Below, piece after piece: positions 37,853 through 43,477 of a stretch of 43,477 bases of DNA (position 1 is its first letter; each line of letters opens with the position of its first letter). Source of the DNA: Methanomassiliicoccaceae archaeon UBA537 (lineage in GTDB: Archaea; Thermoplasmatota; Thermoplasmata; Methanomassiliicoccales; Methanomethylophilaceae); contig DATC01000053.1 in the NCBI GenBank assembly GCA_002504495.1, forward strand, positions 1-43,477, given 5' to 3'. The notes beneath the pieces were generated by a model, which was not told where the DNA came from, did no database searches, and saw nothing but the letters and a program-made list of their open reading frames with translations. The translations under genes were made by a program, and so were the position numbers.

Positions 37853-39380
37853 GCCTCTGGACCTGCTCTCCGATGAGCTCATCGAAGCGGTCAGGACCGG
37901 GAAGGTCGACGACCGCGATTCCTTCCAGAACCTCAAGCTCAAGCTCTGCAAGAAGCACGGTCTGTCCGGCGTCCCGCCGAACTCCGATGTTCTGGCCCGC
38001 ACCCCGGAGGACCTGAGGCCTCTCCTCCTTCCGTTCCTCATCAAGAAGCCCTCGCGCACCGTCAGCGGAGTGGCCGCGGTGGCGGTAATGACGTCGCCCC
38101 ACGACTGCCCCCACGGAAGATGCGCGTACTGTCCCGGCGGAGTCTCCAACGGATCGGCGCAGTCGTACACGGGCAAGGAGCCGGCGGCGAGGAGGGCCGC
38201 GCGCGACGCCTTCGATCCATGGCTGCAGGTGACCGACCGCGTCCGCCAGCTGGAGGAGATCGGCCACAGCGCAGGGAAGGTGGATCTCATAATCATGGGC
38301 GGGACCTTCACAAGCAGGGATCCGGAGTATCAGGAGTGGTTCGTCAAGCGCTGCTTCGACGCCCTCAACGGCCGCGACTCCGATACGCTGGAGGAGGCGC
38401 AGAGGATCAACGAGACGGCATCCCGCAGATGCGTCGGGATGACCGTGGAGACCCGTCCGGACGTGTTCACGGACGAGCAGATCGAGCGGGCCATGCGCCT
38501 GGGGGCCACCCGCGTGGAGCTCGGAGTGCAGATCCTCGACGACGATATCCTGGCCGGCATGGAGCGGGGGCACGGCACCGCGGAGGTCCGCGACTGCACC
38601 GCGAGATGCAGGAGCCACGGTCTGAAGGTCTGCTACCACATCATGCCCGGGCTGCCCGGGTCCGATCCGGACCATGACCTCGAGTGCTTCAGGAAGGTGT
38701 TCGACGATCCCGCGTACCGTCCGGATATGCTGAAGTTCTACACCCTGCTGGTCGTCGCAGGGACCCGCGTCCACGAGATGTGGGAGCGCGGAGAGTATGT
38801 TCCGTACGACGAGGCGACGGCGACGGAGCTCCTGGCGAGGATGAAGGCCATCGTCCCCGACTACGTCCGCATACAGAGGGTCCAGAGGGACATCCCCGCC
38901 ACGGAGATCGTCGCAGGGATAACCAAGAGCAACATCCGCCAACCGGTCCTTGAGCTGATGAGGATGCGCGGGACTCCGTGCAGATGCATCCGCTGCAGGG
39001 AGGTGGGGCGTTCGGAGGACATCGTGGACCTCGATGCGGCCGAGCTCTGCGACGAGGTCTACGAGGCCAGCGGGGGGACGGAGTACTTCATATCGTTCAC
39101 GAGCGGGGACCGCATAGTCGGATACGTCCGCCTCAGGCTGGATTCAGGCGACGCCGCCACCATACGCGAGCTGAAGGTGTTCGGGCATCCGGCTGCGATA
39201 GGGGAGGACGGCGACATACAGCACCGCGGATTCGGTCGGAGGCTCGTCTCCGAGGCCGAGCGCATAGCACGCGAGTCGGGCAGGAGGCGCATAAGGGTCA
39301 CCAGCGGCGTAGGTGTCCGCGGATACTACCGCTCCCTAGGATTCTCCGAGGATCTCCCGTACATGGCCAAGGATCTGCGA
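37845..39380 (+). CDS. elp3: tRNA uridine(34) acetyltransferase Elp3 (radical SAM + GNAT)
   Basis: CPHGRCAYCPGG, QSYTG.EP, MGGTF, ETRPD, QRDIP, CIRCREV, RELKV, QHRGFG, SGVGVR.YY and PYMAKDL. End placed at CGA 39378-39380; the standard-code ORF runs on to TAG 40085. Confidence 0.95.
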
Positions 39381-41609
39381 TCGCCCGTAGAACGGGTTGT
39401 CGTTCCAAGGGGTCCTTCTTCTTCTGAGCGAGCGCCCCATGGCCTCGTAGGCCTCGGCGGATTCCCTGGAGACCGACGGGGCTATCTCCTCCAGCGCGGA
39501 ATCGAAGTGCTTCTGGAGCACCCCGTTCGCGCCCCTGTCCTCGCGATAGGCGCAGAGCGCCGCCTCCCTGCAGAGCGCCGCGAGGTCCGCTCCGGTGTAC
39601 CCGTCGGTAGAGGCGGCAACGGAATCCAGGTCCACGCCGTTCAGCGGCATCCTCGACGTGTGTATCCTGAGGATCGAGCGTCTGGATTCCAGGTCGGGCA
39701 TGCCGACGAGGACCAGGCCGTCGAACCTTCCGGGTCTCAGAAGGGCCGGATCCACGGCGTCGGGACGGTTGGTCGCGCCTATGACGGTCACGCGGCGCGG
39801 ATCGCCCACGCCGTCCATCTCCGTGAGCAACTGGGCCACGATCCTCTCCGACCCCTCGGAGCCGCCGGATCCTCTGGCGGGGGCGATGGAGTCCAGCTCG
39901 TCGAAGAACACGATGCACGGGGACATCTGCTTGGCCTTGCGGAATATCCTCCGGACCGTCTTCTCGGATTCGCCGAACCATTTGCTGGCGATCTCCGGTC
40001 CGCTGACCGATATGAAGTTGCATCCCGATTCGTTGGCCACGGCCTTGGCGATCAGCGTCTTCCCGGTGCCCGGGGGGCCGTATAGGAGGATCCCCCTCCC
40101 CGGCTCGATGCCCAGCCTCTCGCAGGCGTCTTCTCCGTCGACGGACATCACGCATTCGTCTATGCGGCGTCTGACGTCGTCCAATCCGCCGATGTCGCTC
40201 CATGACACCTTGGGGATCTCGACCAGCACCTCCCTCATGCCGCTGGGCTCGACCTCCGAGAGCGCGGCGGAGAAGTCGTCCATGGACACGCGCAGGGATT
40301 CGAGCATCTCCGATGGGATGGCCTTGTCCAGGTCCATCTCCTCGATGCGCGTGCTGACGCAGTGCAGAGCGGCCTCCCTGCATAGAGCGGCCAGGTCCGC
40401 GCCCGCGAAGCCGTTGGTGACGGCCGCGAGCCTCTCCGCTGTGACATCGGCAGTCAGCGGCATGTCCCTCATGTGCACGGACAGGATCTGCGCCCTGCCG
40501 TCGATCCCGGGGATGCCGATCTCCATCTCCCTGTCGAATCTCCCGGGGCGTCTGAGGGCGGGATCTATCGACCCCTCGCGGTTGGTGGCTCCTATGACCA
40601 CGACGCCTCCTCTTCCTCCGAGGCCGTCCATCAGGGCAAGGAGCTGGGCGACCACGCGCCTCTCCACTTCTCCCGAAGCGTCCTCCCTGTCGGGGGCTAT
40701 CGAATCGATCTCGTCGAGGAATATGATGCTCGGGGCCTTATCCTCGGCCTTCCTGAAGATCTCCCTGAGGCGCTCCTCGCTCTGTCCGTAGTACTTGCCC
40801 ATTATCTCGGGGCCGCGGACGGAGAAGAGGGTCGCGCCCGATTCGTTGGCTATCGCCTCTGCAAGGAGCGTCTTCCCGGTGCCGGGGGGACCGTAGAGCA
40901 GGACACCCTTGGGTGCCTCGATGCCCAGTCTCTCGAACAGCTCGGGGTGCTTCAGAGGCAGTTCGATCATCTCGCGCATGCGTCCGAGCTCCTCGTCCAG
41001 TCCGCCGACGTCGTCGTATGTGATGCGGCGCCCTCCCTTCTTCTCGCCGCAGGCCTCCTGCTCTTCCGACGGTTGGACATCGGCGACGTCCTTCACTGAT
41101 ACGACGGTGTCCGGACGCACGATGACCGGTCCTTCGGGGACTGTGGAGGAGACGTAGAACGTGGAGCGGTTGCCTGTAAGGGCGATATTGGGTACTATGA
41201 TGTCTGTGCCGGCCACCAGCGGGCGGTTGAGCAGTCCTTTGAGGAACAGGCGTTCGATGTCGTCCTCGAATCTGATCCTCTTGCCGTCGGGTATGTTCGG
41301 TGCCAGGACGATCTTCTCGGCGGGAGGGGGCTCGCATCTGCTAACCTCCACGTTCTCGTCGACGCTGACGCCCGCGCCGGTGCGGGTGAGGCCGTCGATG
41401 AAGATAAGTCCGCGCCCCTCGTCCTCCGGGTCGCACTTGAAGACCTTGGCTACGACGGAGCGCTTCCCGGTTATCGATACGGTGTCGCCGAGCTCCGCAC
41501 CGAGTGCCCTGCGGGACGCGGAGTCCATTCTGGCGCGCCCGTATCCAGCTTCGTTCTGCGATTTCGCTCTCGCGACCTTGAGGGTGATCGAATCCGGCAT
41601 ATCGTGCAT
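39336..41609 (-). CDS. cdc48: CDC48/VAT family AAA+ ATPase
   Basis: N domain plus two AAA modules (GPPGTGKT twice, DEID/DELD, RPGRFD twice); start ATG 41609 or 41600; natural end PFYG followed by CGA at 39383-39381. Confidence 0.95.
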   Translation of the reverse strand: MHDMPDSITLKVARAKSQNEAGYGRARMDSASRRALGAELGDTVSITGKRSVVAKVFKCDPEDEGRGLIFIDGLTRTGAGVSVDENVEVSRCEPPPAEKIVLAPNIPDGKRIRFEDDIERLFLKGLLNRPLVAGTDIIVPNIALTGNRSTFYVSSTVPEGPVIVRPDTVVSVKDVADVQPSEEQEACGEKKGGRRITYDDVGGLDEELGRMREMIELPLKHPELFERLGIEAPKGVLLYGPPGTGKTLLAEAIANESGATLFSVRGPEIMGKYYGQSEERLREIFRKAEDKAPSIIFLDEIDSIAPDREDASGEVERRVVAQLLALMDGLGGRGGVVVIGATNREGSIDPALRRPGRFDREMEIGIPGIDGRAQILSVHMRDMPLTADVTAERLAAVTNGFAGADLAALCREAALHCVSTRIEEMDLDKAIPSEMLESLRVSMDDFSAALSEVEPSGMREVLVEIPKVSWSDIGGLDDVRRRIDECVMSVDGEDACERLGIEPGRGILLYGPPGTGKTLIAKAVANESGCNFISVSGPEIASKWFGESEKTVRRIFRKAKQMSPCIVFFDELDSIAPARGSGGSEGSERIVAQLLTEMDGVGDPRRVTVIGATNRPDAVDPALLRPGRFDGLVLVGMPDLESRRSILRIHTSRMPLNGVDLDSVAASTDGYTGADLAALCREAALCAYREDRGANGVLQKHFDSALEEIAPSVSRESAEAYEAMGRSLRRRRTPWNDNPFYGRSQILGHVREILGES

Positions 41610-41722
41610 GAATCGTCCGGGCGACGTAAAATGTTCGGAAAAAGAGGGTCGCGCGTCAGTCCCCCGTCTTATTCGGCACCCGCATCCGGATCTGGAGACG
41701 ATGCTCTGGTCGTCTTCTGCGG

Positions 41723-42091
41723 TCATTCGCCATCCTGGTCGGATTCCGATTCGAGAATAGCCACTATCCTCTGACAATACTGTTTCAGGAACGGGAGATC
41801 ATCTTTCATGGTGGACCATTGAAACTCCAGATCGACCTCTTCGTACTGGTGCGCCATGAAATCACGCATTTTGCATATCTCATGCCAGTCGATCTCCTTG
41901 AAGCGGGATGTGACATCATCAGAGAGTCTTTTGACCCTCTCGCCTATGAGTTCGATGGACTTCGCTGTGGATCTCTGATATGATTCGTCGCTCATCAGGT
42001 CCTCGATGTCATCACCGAAGCGCATGATATCGGATGCTACATCGTCGCAGTATCCGATGATGAGGTTCAGGCTTTTGATATCACGCCTCAT
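41723..42091 (-). CDS. HEPN/DUF86 RNase toxin (HepT-like)
   Basis: IGE...L, I.W..I..MRDFMAHQY (R-x4-H-x-Y). Confidence 0.88.
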   Translation of the reverse strand: MRRDIKSLNLIIGYCDDVASDIMRFGDDIEDLMSDESYQRSTAKSIELIGERVKRLSDDVTSRFKEIDWHEICKMRDFMAHQYEEVDLEFQWSTMKDDLPFLKQYCQRIVAILESESDQDGE

Positions 42092-42386
42092 AGAGCAGTC
42101 TCCTGTCTCTGAGGACCTCTCTGCTGAAGTCGTCCTTCATGGCCCTTTCGCTGACGATATCGATCTCCGTGCCGAGAGCTTCCTCCAGTCTGCCATAGAA
42201 TCCCCCCATCTTGAACAGGCCCATGCCTTCGGGTGCAACGATGCAGAAGTCATAATCGCTATCGGGGCGGTTATCTCCACGGGCCCTGGAGCCGAAGAGG
42301 TACACCTTGAGTATCCCGTACTCGGAGGCGATGGCTCCGACGATCTGACGGAGCTCTTCGAACGTGTACTCCTTCACCTCGTCCAT
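42081..42386 (-). CDS. minimal nucleotidyltransferase antitoxin (MntA-like)
   Basis: YLFGSRARGD.RPDSDYD and IDIV motifs; overlaps the HEPN gene; TTATATA promoter near 42410. Confidence 0.9.
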   Translation of the reverse strand: MDEVKEYTFEELRQIVGAIASEYGILKVYLFGSRARGDNRPDSDYDFCIVAPEGMGLFKMGGFYGRLEEALGTEIDIVSERAMKDDFSREVLRDRRLLYEA

Positions 42387-42454
42387 GAGTGAATGATGGC
42401 ATCTGCGTTATATAAGCAAGGTCGGAGCGGGTCCGGTGCCCGTCGAACCGCTGT

Positions 42455-42485
42455 CCTGGAAGAGGGAGGGGCCTTCCGCCCCTCC
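42455..42485 (-). terminator. hairpin plus pyrimidine tract after the TerB-like gene
   Basis: Minus strand GGAGGGGC-GGAAG-GCCCCTCC followed by CTCTTCC. Confidence 0.5.
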
Positions 42486-42492
42486 GTTGGGA

Positions 42493-43356
42493 TCAGAAGA
42501 GTACCTTCTTCTCGTTGGTGACGGAGACAATCTCCGCAGAGCCGTTCTCCAGGGTGAAGAAGGCGAGGGTGGCTCCCATCTGCCTGTACATCTCCACGAC
42601 CTGGGGCATGGCCTTCGCGGCCTCCTCCATGAACCTCGGGTCCTTCTTGAAGACGGCGACGCCGTCCCAGCGGAGGAAGGTGGCGCCGTTGGCGGCGAGG
42701 ATCTCGCACTTGGGATCGTCGAGGAGCTGCTCGTAGACCTCCTTGAAGGTGCCGACGGCGAACCACAGCTTCCCGTCGACCTTGCACTTGAAGCCGAGGA
42801 CTCTCATCCTGGGTTGGAGTCCGTCCTCCGTGGCGAGCACGAACGTCTTCGCCTCGTCGAGGTAGGCCTCGATCTGCTCCATGGGGGTGAGTCCGAAGTT
42901 GTCGTCGGCGAGCTGGCCGATCCACTCCTTCTCCTTCTCGGTGACCTCGCCGTCGATGGCGCAGACCAGGAGGCAGAGGGTGACGATGTCGTATTTCAGC
43001 TCCTCGGAGACCTCTCCGATGATGTCGACCATGAGGTCGACGGCCTTCTTGTAGTTCTCCGGGTCCTCGAGTCCGGCCGCCTTGAAGACGTCGAGAGCGT
43101 CCTCGTAGGTGGCGTCTCCGCCGGCGATGTCGTTGAAGAGGGGCTTGAGCAGCAGGTACTCCTCTTCCGCGAGCTTCCCGTCGGATGCGACGGCGCAGAG
43201 GATGAAGTTCACGTACGCCTCGACGGCTCCGGCGCCGTCCTCGGTGACCTCCTCCAGCGCAGGAAGGATGTCGGCTGTGAGCTGGTCAATCATGGACGCC
43301 TTGTCCTCGGCGGGGAGGGCGGCGATCCTGTCGCAGTACTCGTCGAACAGAGTCAT
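42493..43356 (-). CDS. TerB-like domain fused to a pyridoxamine 5'-phosphate oxidase-like FMN-binding domain
   Basis: A.SDGKL.EEE and AIDGEVTEKE (TerB repeats), then FVLAT..G.QPRMR, K.V..QL...PKCEI. Confidence 0.75.
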   Translation of the reverse strand: MTLFDEYCDRIAALPAEDKASMIDQLTADILPALEEVTEDGAGAVEAYVNFILCAVASDGKLAEEEYLLLKPLFNDIAGGDATYEDALDVFKAAGLEDPENYKKAVDLMVDIIGEVSEELKYDIVTLCLLVCAIDGEVTEKEKEWIGQLADDNFGLTPMEQIEAYLDEAKTFVLATEDGLQPRMRVLGFKCKVDGKLWFAVGTFKEVYEQLLDDPKCEILAANGATFLRWDGVAVFKKDPRFMEEAAKAMPQVVEMYRQMGATLAFFTLENGSAEIVSVTNEKKVLF

Positions 43357-43477
43357 GAGGGACCGATTGCTCCGGGCGTTTATACCTGATGGCACGGATG
43401 CTTCGGGGATTCCGCGACATCGGAGCCGTCGTGCGACGTCCAATCGATGCGTTTATCCTCAGATGAACGAAGATCTA

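Noticed and set aside
8290..39383. Systematic TGATC-to-CGATC basecalling error or TGATCA restriction-site avoidance as the full explanation for terminal CGAs
   Set aside because: TGATC and TGATCA remain common in the window, including a real TGA-TC stop at 23018, and several terminal CGAs are not in a GATC context. It cannot be fully excluded without raw reads.
39381..40085. C-terminal 235-aa extra domain of Elp3
   Set aside because: It is the antisense of cdc48, with Arg/Gly-rich shadow composition and no motif.

Overview
This is a GC-rich archaeal chromosome segment, most likely Methanomassiliicoccales (Thermoplasmatota). The evidence is L18e-L13-S9-RpoN-tRNA-Pro, aEF-1beta, aTrm56 next to an HD protein, Elp3, Cdc48/VAT, a dockerin-bearing ABC binding protein, and no TAG stop at any natural gene end. 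The left 27 kb is a cell-envelope glycan region: four GT-C membrane glycosyltransferases with two paralogous single-pass partner proteins, GtrA, a DedA-like protein, two GT4, a Dol-P-sugar synthase, GlmM, a PGI/PMI pair, an NDP-sugar pyrophosphorylase, HddA and a GmhA-GmhB fusion. The right part holds housekeeping genes, a Fe/B12 ABC transporter and an MNT-HEPN toxin-antitoxin pair. Main unexpected signal: by manual reading, the codon CGA is almost absent inside genes (2 cases among several hundred Arg codons), yet about 15 genes carry an in-frame CGA at or near their expected C-terminus. These include abutting tail-to-tail CGA codons that end Elp3 and Cdc48, the latter directly after its HbYX motif. 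This suggests CGA acts as a context-dependent or leaky stop codon, or is edited C-to-U. Other candidates are an unannotated TisB-like 30-aa peptide locus with type I toxin-antitoxin architecture, a complementary split-active-site PGI/PMI pair, and a 56-aa Cys/Trp-rich microprotein. All calls come from reading the sequence; no searches were run.
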